DNA of 64,000 bases from Solirubrobacterales bacterium (GCA_016185345.1 JACPNS010000016.1:54975-118974), one strand, 5' to 3'; positions 16,732 to 25,545 are shown, counted from the first letter of the stretch. A program made the numbers and translations. The notes: generated by a model not told the origin, from the letters alone.

Positions 16732-17200
16732 GGGATCTCCGTTTGTTCGGTTTGGTGGATGAGTTGATGTTGAGAAGTTCAATTTCGCTCGCTGCGGATT
16801 CAAGTATCTGGGAGGCCTCTGATGCATCCACGCGGCCCGAGAGCGGTGCGAGGCGCGCCTTGAATCGAGTGAGAAGCACATCCAGTGATTCGATCTCGTT
16901 GAGCGTCACGTCGAGGCGGTACTCAAGGGCTGCGAGTAGTTCCGCCCGGTCGTCCAGGGCGCGAAGTCCCTCCGTCGTGATCGAGTAGACGATTCGGCCG
17001 CTCTCCTCGGCGCCCGCGATCAATCGCTCGACCTGCAGCGCCTCGATTGCGGGATAAATGCTGCCTGGCGACGCCTTGTACCTCGGCCCAAAGAGCCGCG
17101 TCAGTTCAGACATGATTTCGTAGCCGTGTCGGGGTTCGGTAGCCACGAGCGACAAAAGCACCAATGGCAACTCACCGTGTTTGAAGAATCGTCGTGACAT
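16724..17200 (-). CDS. PadR-family transcriptional regulator
   Basis: The N-terminus GELPLVLLSLVATEPRHGYEIMSELTRLFGPRYKASPGSIYPAIEALQVERLI is a canonical PadR winged helix. AGGAG lies in the 8-nt gap after the upstream stop. Confidence 0.85.
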   Translation of the reverse strand: MSRRFFKHGELPLVLLSLVATEPRHGYEIMSELTRLFGPRYKASPGSIYPAIEALQVERLIAGAEESGRIVYSITTEGLRALDDRAELLAALEYRLDVTLNEIESLDVLLTRFKARLAPLSGRVDASEASQILESAASEIELLNINSSTKPNKRRSHA

Positions 17201-17208
17201 ACGCGCTC

Positions 17209-17985
17209 CTAGTCGGCCATGCTTTCGGCCGGTTGTGACCAGGTCAGTGATTTCGCTTCCACGGGCTTACTCAGGCCCTTTAGTTCGAGCGCACCGAGCG
17301 ACACGAACGATTCTTCATTCGCTCCGTCGCCCAAGGCCCGCGCGTCAGAGGAAACAATCGTCTGCCCCGCCTCCGCGCTGTCGCAAAGGCGTCGCGCGAT
17401 TATCACTGTCGATCCGAAGAAGTCGTTGCCGTCGCGAAGCAGCTCGCCCGCATGCAGCCCGACCCGAAGCCCTAGTTGGTCGGTGTCATTGGCGACTCGC
17501 CGCTGCATGTCGGACGCACATGCAATCGCTGGCGTCGGTTTGGCAAAGATCACCATCAAGCCGTCGCCGAGGTTTTTGACCACCCGGCCGCCGTGCTTCT
17601 CGGCGACCTCATGAAGCAAAGTGAAATGACGCTGGCGAATTTCATGGGCAGCCGTCTCCCCCACTTGATCGATCAGTTTCGTCGATCCAACGATGTCGGT
17701 GAACAGGACGGTCGCAAGGGCGCTGTAGCGGCCGTTCTGCTCGAGCGTGCGCAAGCCATCGTGAGTGGTTCGAAAGGTTTTCTCGCCCGCGTGGTTATGG
17801 GCCTGGATGAGGCCTTCGCCGACCAGCACCTCAAGCGCGCTGCCGAGCCTTGGCTGCAATCGTGCGAATGGATGGGCTCGCCTCAGCTGCTTCGCGATCT
17901 GACTGCGAGTGGCAGCGCCCAGACTCGTCAGTTCCATGACCTGGAGGAGGAGATCTTTCGTGGCTATGTCTCGCGAGGCGCCCAT
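17209..17985 (-). CDS. Class III nucleotidyl (adenylate/guanylate) cyclase domain protein with N-terminal winged-helix-like domain
   Basis: Cyclase core VLFTDIVGSTKL...VVKNLGDGLMVIF...LRVGLHAGE...DFFGSTVIIARRL. The N-terminal ~100 aa (TRSQIAKQL...LEVLVGEGLIQAH) looks like a MarR-type wHTH. ATG 17985 is preferred over the track start at 18036. Confidence 0.8.
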   Translation of the reverse strand: MGASRDIATKDLLLQVMELTSLGAATRSQIAKQLRRAHPFARLQPRLGSALEVLVGEGLIQAHNHAGEKTFRTTHDGLRTLEQNGRYSALATVLFTDIVGSTKLIDQVGETAAHEIRQRHFTLLHEVAEKHGGRVVKNLGDGLMVIFAKPTPAIACASDMQRRVANDTDQLGLRVGLHAGELLRDGNDFFGSTVIIARRLCDSAEAGQTIVSSDARALGDGANEESFVSLGALELKGLSKPVEAKSLTWSQPAESMAD

Positions 17986-18340
17986 TACGAAGCTCTTACG
18001 AAACACTATAACGAAACCCTTACGAAAGTCAAGCAACGTCCGCTATGGATTCCGCGTTCCGAGTACGACGTGGCCTGGCGTGCTCAGATCGTCAGTACGC
18101 GACGCCGGGAACCGATCGGACTACTCCGATTCCCGGCGCCAGGAGATGGGATCTCCCGCGAGGATCCAGGCCGGTTGGCAGACATGCATCCACTTTGCGC
18201 CCGGGGGGCAACAAGCGCGGATTTTCGGCCAGACCGTTGTGTCGCACATACTTGGCGCGTGGCGACTGAACGCCGGCGCCCAGCTCACGAAACCAACCGT
18301 GTGCTGCACGTACTTGGCCTCAGCTCGCGTTTTGTGACAA

Positions 18341-19294
18341 CTAGTCGCTGACTTTCAGTTCCGGCGCAACCGGCGTTGCTCGCGATTCAAGCAGCTCGAA
18401 GCTCTCGAGCAGGTCTCCGACCTTCACGTCCTGTCCAGCGAGGAGTGCTTCGCTGCCGACCACGACGGATTCGGAATAGATCAATGCCGACGTGGTTGTG
18501 TCGAAGTAGACGGTACTCAGAGTGCCCGACTCGGAGAAGGTGAATCCAACGGCAGGACGACCGCGTGGATCTCGAGCGCGATCGAGAACATTCACGCCCC
18601 TGATCGTTGCGAGATCACGAATCATCGCCGCGCGCAAGGTCTGCGGCAGAGGTGGTGACAGGTCGCGGAGCGCTTCCGTGATGATCATCCACTTGGTTCC
18701 GTCGCCTTGGCCGCGGCCGACCGACGCCGCCTGTTTTTCAATCTCCCGAAGCAGTCGATCGGGAGTCTGGGCAAGCTCGTCCATCTGAGCACGTGAGTAC
18801 GTCTCGTCGCCGATGCGATATTTGCCATACGCCGGGTAGCGATAGACGATCAGCGGGGATTTTGGCTCGCTGAGGACCCGCGTCTCGATGGTTCCTCGTT
18901 GGGCGACGCTCAGCCACGCACGGCGTTCGGTAGCCAGAAGTCGTGACGGGACCAGCGGCAGGATCGAGTAGTTGCGCACCGTCTGACGCGAACGCGTGAA
19001 GGTGAACCAGTCGTCCGGCGGGTACTCGGCTGCAAGCGCCGTCTTCGCCACGTCGGCGGCGGCTTCGGCGACCGTCGGGTTGCTCTTGAATGGAATCGCT
19101 GTGATCGCGATCAAGATCACGACTACGGCAAGCACTACGACCGGGACGGCCCACGCGCGACGCCACTCGAAACTCCAACGAGGCCCGGACGGCTGTTGCT
19201 CGAGGACCACGTCGGCCTCTAAAGCCCGCACAAACTGCTCACGCAGATCGTTCAGCGCCGACACGCGGAAATCCATCTCTCCGTGCCTATTCAT
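18341..19294 (-). CDS. ECF-sigma-associated single-pass membrane protein (putative anti-sigma/partner)
   Basis: Short cytoplasmic N-terminus, one TM (WAVPVVVLAVVVILIAITAI) and a ~240-aa extracytoplasmic domain. The ATG overlaps the restored reading frame of the upstream sigma gene. Confidence 0.7.
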   Translation of the reverse strand: MNRHGEMDFRVSALNDLREQFVRALEADVVLEQQPSGPRWSFEWRRAWAVPVVVLAVVVILIAITAIPFKSNPTVAEAAADVAKTALAAEYPPDDWFTFTRSRQTVRNYSILPLVPSRLLATERRAWLSVAQRGTIETRVLSEPKSPLIVYRYPAYGKYRIGDETYSRAQMDELAQTPDRLLREIEKQAASVGRGQGDGTKWMIITEALRDLSPPLPQTLRAAMIRDLATIRGVNVLDRARDPRGRPAVGFTFSESGTLSTVYFDTTTSALIYSESVVVGSEALLAGQDVKVGDLLESFELLESRATPVAPELKVSD

Positions 19295-19357
19295 CGTCGT
19301 CCTCCAGTGACTTTCTGACTTGCGCCAGCTCTTTCTTGAGCTCTTTCAAGCCGCGGC

Positions 19358-19813
19358 TCACGCGCGCCCGGATGACCTCTTCGGTCGTCCCGAACCCTGT
19401 GCGATATCGGCGTAGTTCCGCTGCTCCAGCACTCGCGCGCGCACAGCCTCGCGGTACTCAGGCCTCAGCGAATCGAGTGCGCGGCCCACCGCTCTACGGA
19501 GTTCGACCATTCGCGTGAGCTCTTCGATCTGCGTAGCTTCGTCTTTGCCGAGTTCGACCGGCTCGAACCTCAGTTGCTGCATGGCGCGTTGTTCCACCTG
19601 GCCGCGGCGGAAGTAGTTGTTCATCAGATTTCGAGCTATGCCAAAGAGCCAACGCCGCCCGTCCTCGAGCGAATTTCCTTTGAACTTTCCGCGGCTGGCG
19701 ATTGCCTCTGCAAATGTTTCGCTCACCAGGTCGAACGCAATTTGCGTGTCAACCGTGCGGTGAACAAAGAAGCGGAGGAGATCCTCGGCGTTCTCGTCAT
19801 ATAGACGTGTCAT
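19358..19813 (-). CDS. ECF (sigma-70 group IV) sigma factor, apparently frameshifted in region 4
   Basis: Region 2 (DLLRFFVHRTVDTQIAFDLVSETFAEA, WLFGIARNLMNNYFRR) and the start of region 4 (LRPEYREAVRARVLEQRNYADIAQ) are present. The frame then ends prematurely. The conserved continuation GTTEEVIRARVSRGLKELKKEL is in another frame down to TAG 19287-19289. Start ATG 19813 is preferred over GTG 19942. Confidence 0.75.
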   Translation of the reverse strand: MTRLYDENAEDLLRFFVHRTVDTQIAFDLVSETFAEAIASRGKFKGNSLEDGRRWLFGIARNLMNNYFRRGQVEQRAMQQLRFEPVELGKDEATQIEELTRMVELRRAVGRALDSLRPEYREAVRARVLEQRNYADIAQGSGRPKRSSGRA

Positions 19814-19942
19814 ATCTTCGTTTGTGAGATTCAACTCGTCTGCGCCCGTATACACATGGTTCGGGAGCGCAGATTGTGACCACCTAAATTTGGAACTGTC
19901 ACAAGTCTTCGGTTCGGACCATGTAGAAACGACATCGCCCAC

Positions 19943-19967
19943 ACGGAGTCACGGATCTGGTGGTTCC
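19943..19967 (-). promoter_or_regulatory. Candidate ECF-type promoter (GGAAC-N17-CGT) for the sigma operon
   Basis: On the minus strand, GGAAC (19967-19963) is followed 17 nt later by CGT (19945-19943). Motif-only prediction. Confidence 0.25.
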
Positions 19968-20121
19968 TGTCAGCGATGTCCCAGTCGGGCTGGATTCGGA
20001 TTCAGCACGGCACCATCTGCCGCCGACCTGGCGCGGCTCCACTCACTGCGCTCCCGCATAAGGCGGGTGGATGTCGCGCGCTGCCCCGTCTGGACCCCTC
20101 ATCTCCGGACGGACGCGGCGT

Positions 20122-20144
20122 GGAACATTCGTCCAGGAAGTGTC
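20122..20144 (+). promoter_or_regulatory. Candidate ECF-type promoter (GGAAC-N15-GTC) for the divergent secreted-protein genes
   Basis: tGGAACattcgtccaggaagtGTCac lies ~85 nt upstream of the 20230 start. Motif-only prediction. Confidence 0.25.
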
Positions 20145-20229
20145 ACAAAGCCTGATTACCCGCCACATACGGGGTAAGCCCGGCTAGCTGGCCGGTCAGG
20201 CAGCTCGCATAAAAGACAACTCATGAGGG

Positions 20230-20637
20230 GTGAGTCACTTGTTACGAGAGACCCATGCAACATCCAACCGCTGGCGTAGAACCGCCTGCGTGATCAGCTC
20301 GGCCGTCGCATTGCTCATTGGCGTCGGCGTCGCAAATGCTGAAGCCGCCACCTACGGCTACTGCTCCGGCTGCACAATCAACGGGAATGGCGGCTCGGTG
20401 ACAGCGGGCATATCTCGCTACATCACATCCAACTACGTCCACCGTCTTTCCGGCCCGTCCGGCGGGGTCACAATCGGTGCGCGGGCGTTCTACACGGACA
20501 ACGGATCGTGGGGCAACTTCGTCTATTCGACGTCCACGGAAGTCACCCACGGCTACTCAGGTAGTCGGCCCGCCCGTGGGTCCGCTTCGAACTTCGGCGC
20601 TGGCAACTACGGGTTCAACGCCCACGTCCTCTATTAG
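20230..20637 (+). CDS. Small secreted hypothetical protein (Gly/Ser/Tyr-rich)
   Basis: Signal peptide (RRTACVISSAVALLIGVGVANAEA) followed by a ~95-aa mature part with a CSGC pair. The start may be TTG 20239, 9 nt after GAGGGG. Confidence 0.6.
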   Translation: MSHLLRETHATSNRWRRTACVISSAVALLIGVGVANAEAATYGYCSGCTINGNGGSVTAGISRYITSNYVHRLSGPSGGVTIGARAFYTDNGSWGNFVYSTSTEVTHGYSGSRPARGSASNFGAGNYGFNAHVLY

Positions 20638-20669
20638 CACTCGCACGCAGAATCCCAGGAGCAAAGACG

Positions 20670-21269
20670 ATGAAACCTCGAAACTTTTCCATCTTCGTGA
20701 CGATCGCATGCGCGGTTGCAATCGGTGCATTTTGGATCAATACGGCTGGTGCAGGAGTGGAATCCAAACGTGAAGCCCCAGTGAGGGTGTCCTCGCTGAC
20801 TGAGCCCTTCAGCCCAACCAGTGCCCAGCGGTACGAGCTGCGGCGGCTTCGCCAACAGCTGCGACGGGCGAACGCTGCGTCTATCGCGTCCACGATAGAG
20901 ATCCCCAACGCGAGACCGGTGCCGCTTCCGAATGATCTCGGGACCGCGTGGGTGGCAAGCGCTCCTGACGGAGGTGTCTGCACATTCATCCCCGATCCGC
21001 TCGGCGGGTTCGGATCCAGTTGCGCAACTCAAGCGGACCTGCGATCCGGGGGTGCGATCACCGTTCTGGGTGGTGCTGGCGAGCTGAACGACCAGGCGGT
21101 CGCCGTGCTGGTGGTGCCAGACGGTGGCCCCACCCCGGTCGTCACGTCGCCAGACGGCACGCAGCGTGCCGAGCCGGTGCCCGGTGTTGGCGCGACCCTC
21201 GTTCCGGAGGAATCGCGCTTGCGGATCGGCGGTGTGAGCCTTCGTGTGCCGATGGCGGACGCCCCATGA
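20670..21269 (+). CDS. Secreted or membrane-anchored hypothetical protein
   Basis: AGGAG lies 8 nt before the ATG. N-terminal hydrophobic segment FSIFVTIACAVAIGAFWINTAGA. No recognisable domain. Confidence 0.6.
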   Translation: MKPRNFSIFVTIACAVAIGAFWINTAGAGVESKREAPVRVSSLTEPFSPTSAQRYELRRLRQQLRRANAASIASTIEIPNARPVPLPNDLGTAWVASAPDGGVCTFIPDPLGGFGSSCATQADLRSGGAITVLGGAGELNDQAVAVLVVPDGGPTPVVTSPDGTQRAEPVPGVGATLVPEESRLRIGGVSLRVPMADAP

Positions 21270-21310
21270 GCTGACCCCATGACGCTGCCCGGGAGTATCG
21301 TCCGTACGCG

Positions 21311-22477
21311 ATGAACCCGAACTTTGGCGACTTTCAACTAGAGATCTATCTGGCCGGCCTGAACGGCGCAAAGCCCGAGCATCCGATGACGTTTGCGGAC
21401 CTCGCGGCTCGCGCCGAGGCCGCACTCCCGACTGAGATCTTCTCCTACGTTGCCGGTGGTGCCGGAAACGAGCACACCCAACGTCACAACGTCGAAGCCT
21501 TCGACCGGTACGCGCTGATTCCGCGGATGCTCGCCGGCGCGGCCGATCGTGACCTCTCGATCGAGCTATTCGGAATGAAGCTTCCGACTCCACTCCTTCT
21601 GGCACCAGTTGGAGTGATCGGGCTCTGCGATCCAGACGGCCACGGCGACCAGGTCACGGCCCGCGCGTCGGCCGCAACCGGCGTTCCGATGATCGCGTCG
21701 ACCTTGACGGCGGATCCGATGGAGGATGTTGCGCCCCTGGCCGGTGAGACACCCGGGCTCTTCCAGCTCTACACCCCGGCCGACCGTGATCTCGCCGCCA
21801 GCTTCGTGAAGCGGGCCGAGGCCGTTGGCTACAAGGGGATCATCGTCACGCTCGACACGCAGATCCTTGGCTGGCGCCCGCGCGACCTTGGGCTGGGGTC
21901 CTTCCCGCAACTGCGAGGCCTGTGCCTTGAAAACTACTTCTCCGACCCGATCTTTCGGGCGAAGCTTGAGAAGTCGCCCGAGGAAGACCCGATGGCGGCC
22001 GCCCTGCACTGGGCGCTCGGCTTTTCTGACGCTTCGCTGGGTTGGGATGATCTCGCATGGTTGCGGTCGCTCACAGATCTACCTCTGATCCTTAAGGGCA
22101 TTTGCCACCCGGAAGACGTCCATCGAGCAATCGACGGCGGCGTGGACGGAATCTACTGCTCAAACCACGGCGGTCGCCAAGCCAACGGCGGCCTCGCCGC
22201 GATCGACGTCCTCGCAGATGTCGTAGAGGCAGCCGGGGACGCTCCGGTGATATTCGACTCAGGTGTACGCGCCGGCGAACACGTCGTCAAGGCGCTTGCC
22301 CTGGGGGCGACTGCCATCGGGATCGGCCGGCCCTATGCCTATGGACTGGCCGCCGGTGGCGAGTCCGGGATCGTCCACGTCTTGCGATCGCTGCTCGCCG
22401 AGACAGACCTGCTCATGGCCGTCGATGGCTACGCCTCGATCGCAGACCTGACGCCAGAGGCGCTGGTCAAGACCTGA
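21311..22477 (+). CDS. FMN-dependent alpha-hydroxy-acid oxidase/dehydrogenase (lactate 2-monooxygenase-like)
   Basis: TIM-barrel flavoenzyme signatures (SYVAGGAGNEHTQRHNVEAFDRYALIPRML; IVTLDTQILGWRPRD; SNHGGRQANG; GIGRPY). Confidence 0.85.
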   Translation: MNPNFGDFQLEIYLAGLNGAKPEHPMTFADLAARAEAALPTEIFSYVAGGAGNEHTQRHNVEAFDRYALIPRMLAGAADRDLSIELFGMKLPTPLLLAPVGVIGLCDPDGHGDQVTARASAATGVPMIASTLTADPMEDVAPLAGETPGLFQLYTPADRDLAASFVKRAEAVGYKGIIVTLDTQILGWRPRDLGLGSFPQLRGLCLENYFSDPIFRAKLEKSPEEDPMAAALHWALGFSDASLGWDDLAWLRSLTDLPLILKGICHPEDVHRAIDGGVDGIYCSNHGGRQANGGLAAIDVLADVVEAAGDAPVIFDSGVRAGEHVVKALALGATAIGIGRPYAYGLAAGGESGIVHVLRSLLAETDLLMAVDGYASIADLTPEALVKT

Positions 22478-22529
22478 AGGCATAGACGCATGGCGCACGA
22501 CTGCGGCCGACCTGTAGTCTGGAAAAGCC

Positions 22530-23357
22530 ATGTGCCGCATATTTGGAACGGTCTCATCGGATCCGATTTCGATCCGACATGAATTGGTCGAAGCGACCAA
22601 TCCGATGATCCGCTTGTCTGAAGATCACGACTCTGGCTGGGGGGTCTGCGCGTACCCGCAGGTGGGAAGCGCGGCACCGCTGTCAGAGCGATTCGCAAAT
22701 TCCGCGCACTCGGATAGTCGCTTCGACGTGGCAACCCAACTGAGCGGACGAATCTTCAACGCGCACGTGCGCCGCGCCACGCTCGGCGGCGTCAGCAGCG
22801 AGAACACCCACCCCTTCGAGTTTGGACCGTACAGCTTCTCACACAACGGCACCGTTCTCGGGTACCGCAATCTGCTGCGGCCGGGCATGGGCGATCCAGT
22901 GGGTCAGACCGACTCGGAATGCTTTTTCATGCGTTTGATGAGCGATTTTGATCCGGTGGACCCAGTGCGCTCACTGCGCAGTACGATCGCGGCGCTGGTC
23001 GCTGGCCATACATTCTCTGGTCTGAATTTCCTCTTCAGTGACGGACTCAAGCTCTACGCCTACAAACTTGGCATCTTCGATCTCTACTGGGCGACCAGAC
23101 CGGGCGTTGCGCTGGTTGCGAGCGAACCGCTGACCAGGGAGCGCTGGCACAGCGTCCAGCAGGACGTTCTGCTCACGCTTGACCCCGAGTCCCCCGAGGA
23201 TTTGATCGGCGAGCGGCTCTTGGGAGACGAGCTTGTAGAGGTCGCTCAGATCCAGAAATTGGAGCCCGACGCATCGATGCGCGGGGCTGAACGAGGCGAA
23301 TGGGCCGCCAATTTTGCGCTTGAAGTCGCTCACAATCCCGCAAGCACGCCTGCCTGA
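22530..23357 (+). CDS. Class II (Ntn) glutamine amidotransferase domain protein (YafJ/EgtC-like)
   Basis: Begins MCRIFG with the Cys2 nucleophile. Also has HVRRATLGGVSSENTHPF and FSHNG motifs. Confidence 0.8.
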   Translation: MCRIFGTVSSDPISIRHELVEATNPMIRLSEDHDSGWGVCAYPQVGSAAPLSERFANSAHSDSRFDVATQLSGRIFNAHVRRATLGGVSSENTHPFEFGPYSFSHNGTVLGYRNLLRPGMGDPVGQTDSECFFMRLMSDFDPVDPVRSLRSTIAALVAGHTFSGLNFLFSDGLKLYAYKLGIFDLYWATRPGVALVASEPLTRERWHSVQQDVLLTLDPESPEDLIGERLLGDELVEVAQIQKLEPDASMRGAERGEWAANFALEVAHNPASTPA

Positions 23358-23395
23358 CAAGAGACAGCGGGGCGAGCCGCGATAATCAGCGGCTC

Positions 23396-24781
23396 ATGGA
23401 ATCCGTCTCCAGGGTCAAACTCGGTGCAGCCAAGAGCATCGGCGCCGCAAGTCGGTTCAGCGGTCGTGGCGGTGGCACGTCCCTGCCCGGCAGAGTCTTG
23501 CTGCGCCTGCAGGATGACGCAATCGCGCGGCTCTCGAGCGAGCTGCCCCGCGGTGCCGTCGTGATCTCCGCGACCAACGGCAAAACCACCACCGCGTCGC
23601 TCCTCGCAAGCGTGCTCGGCAGGTCACGGATTCCCGTCGTGCACAACCGAGCCGGCGCGAACATGGCTGGCGGCGTGGCCACGGCGTTGCTCGACGCGAC
23701 GAAGAAGGGTCAGGTCCAGGGCGAGATCGGCTTGTTCGAGGTCGACGAGGCCTGGACCGCGCGGATCGTGGAGCAGACCCAGCCCTCAGTCCTTGTGCTG
23801 GCCAATCTGTTTCGCGATCAGCTCGATCGTTACGGCGAGCTCGAGACACTGGCCGATTCCTGGCAGCAGATGATCTCGGTCCTTCCGCCAGAGACCCGGG
23901 TGGTGCTCAACGCCGACGATCCCCTGCTCGCGGGACTGGGCGCCGGGCGCGAGAACACGCTCTATTTCGGCCTTACAGACACCTCTCACGCCGAACCGGT
24001 GCCGCGACACGCCGCTGATTCAAAGTTCTGCCGCGTATGCGGCGCGCCGCTGGAATATGACGCAGTGCAGCTTGGGCACCTTGGTATCTACCGCTGCCCG
24101 AACGGCGACTTCGCGCGACCGGAGCCACAAATCGCCGCGACGAAGATCACGACCCACGGCATGGATGGGAGTGAGTTCACGATCTCGACTCCCGACGGAC
24201 CGATCGATGCCGAGCTGCCGATCCCGGGCCTGTACAACGTTTACAACGCCGTGGCCGCCACCGCGGCCGCGCATGCGCTCGACCTGAGCGCGGGCGCGAT
24301 CGCGGGTGGCCTCGCCGCCGCCCGCGCTGTGTTTGGACGAGTCGAGACGCTGCAGATCGCGGGGCACTCCGTCGCCCTGATGTTGATCAAGAATCCCACC
24401 GGCGCAAACGAAGTCCTGCGCACGATTTCCGAAGAGGCTCCCCCATTCGACATCTGGGTCGCCCTCAACGACAAAATCGCCGACGGGCGCGACGTCTCGT
24501 GGATATGGGACGCTGACTTTGAGATGCTCGCCGGAAAGGTCCGGATGATCACCTGCTCGGGAACGCGTGCGGAGGAGATGGCGCTTCGTCTTGCCTATGC
24601 GGGGATCGATCGCTCCCTCATAGTCGTCGAACGCGCGATCGAGAGGTCATTCGATGCGGCCGTCGCGGAGGCCGTTCGCGCCGCCACTCCGATCTTCGCC
24701 CTCCCGACGTACACCGCATTGATCGAGTTGCGTACGGCGATCGCCAAGCGCGGCGATGCGCCGACCTACTGGGGTGGCTGA
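23396..24781 (+). CDS. murT: Mur-ligase-family lipid II isoglutaminyl synthase subunit MurT
   Basis: ATP-binding ISATNGKTTTASLL, a Cys4 ribbon (CRVCGAPL...YRCPNGDF) and a C-terminal DUF1727-like region. The partner gatD follows directly. Confidence 0.85.
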   Translation: MESVSRVKLGAAKSIGAASRFSGRGGGTSLPGRVLLRLQDDAIARLSSELPRGAVVISATNGKTTTASLLASVLGRSRIPVVHNRAGANMAGGVATALLDATKKGQVQGEIGLFEVDEAWTARIVEQTQPSVLVLANLFRDQLDRYGELETLADSWQQMISVLPPETRVVLNADDPLLAGLGAGRENTLYFGLTDTSHAEPVPRHAADSKFCRVCGAPLEYDAVQLGHLGIYRCPNGDFARPEPQIAATKITTHGMDGSEFTISTPDGPIDAELPIPGLYNVYNAVAATAAAHALDLSAGAIAGGLAAARAVFGRVETLQIAGHSVALMLIKNPTGANEVLRTISEEAPPFDIWVALNDKIADGRDVSWIWDADFEMLAGKVRMITCSGTRAEEMALRLAYAGIDRSLIVVERAIERSFDAAVAEAVRAATPIFALPTYTALIELRTAIAKRGDAPTYWGG

Positions 24782-25545
24782 TGGCAGGCGGACCGACACT
24801 GCGGGTGTGCGTGCTCTACCCGTCGCGGATGAACATCTACGCGGACCGCGGCAACACGCTGCTGCTCCAGCACCGCTGCGAGGCGCGCGGAATTGGCTTT
24901 GAGCTGACCGCATCCGAGGCGGGCGAGCACGTCGACCCTGCCGCGCACGACCTGTTCTACATCGGCGGCGGGCAGGACTCCGATCAGGTGCGGATCGCCG
25001 AGGACATGCGCGCGACCAAGCGCGCAGCCCTGGCCTCGGCAGCCGACGACGGCAAAGTGATCCTCGCGGTCTGCGGCGGATACCAGCTGCTCGGCGAGTA
25101 CTACGAGCTGAGCGACAGAAGAAGGGTCGAAGGCCTTGGGATAGTTGATCTCCGCACCGTCAGGGAACCGGGCGAGCGCTTGATCGGCAACGTGATCATT
25201 GAGTTTGATGTTGACGGATCCCCTCGGATCCTCGCGGGGTTCGAGAATCACGGCGGACGCACGTACCTCGAACCGGGGTGCAACCCGCTCGGAAAGGTTC
25301 TCAAGGGGCACGGAAACAACGGCAAGGACGCGCACGAAGGCGCGCACATGAACAACGTGTTCGGCACCTACCTGCACGGACCGCTCCTGCCGAAGAACGC
25401 ATGGTTTGCTGACCACCTGACCCGCCTCGCGCTTGGATCAGACACAGAACTCGAACCACTCGAGGACGGACTCGAGAGCCAGGCTCATGCGAGCGCAATT
25501 CGCGCAGCCGGCGGCAATTCAAACCTTGCCAAGCTCTCCAAATGA
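24781..25545 (+). CDS. gatD: Glutamine amidotransferase GatD (CobQ/CobB-type), MurT partner
   Basis: LRVCVLYPSRMNIYADRGN..., AVCGGYQLLG (catalytic Cys), FGTYLHGPLLPKN. TGATG overlap with murT. Confidence 0.85.
   Translation: MAGGPTLRVCVLYPSRMNIYADRGNTLLLQHRCEARGIGFELTASEAGEHVDPAAHDLFYIGGGQDSDQVRIAEDMRATKRAALASAADDGKVILAVCGGYQLLGEYYELSDRRRVEGLGIVDLRTVREPGERLIGNVIIEFDVDGSPRILAGFENHGGRTYLEPGCNPLGKVLKGHGNNGKDAHEGAHMNNVFGTYLHGPLLPKNAWFADHLTRLALGSDTELEPLEDGLESQAHASAIRAAGGNSNLAKLSK

Noticed and set aside
16330-18036. Reading the cyclase operon as a Pycsar/CBASS-like anti-phage signalling system (cyclase + membrane effector)
   Set aside because: The small membrane protein has no cyclic-nucleotide-binding domain. 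The cyclase shows purine-type (Lys/Asp) specificity residues. A PadR regulator is interposed, and no other defence-island hallmarks surround it. It is kept only as a generic signalling operon.
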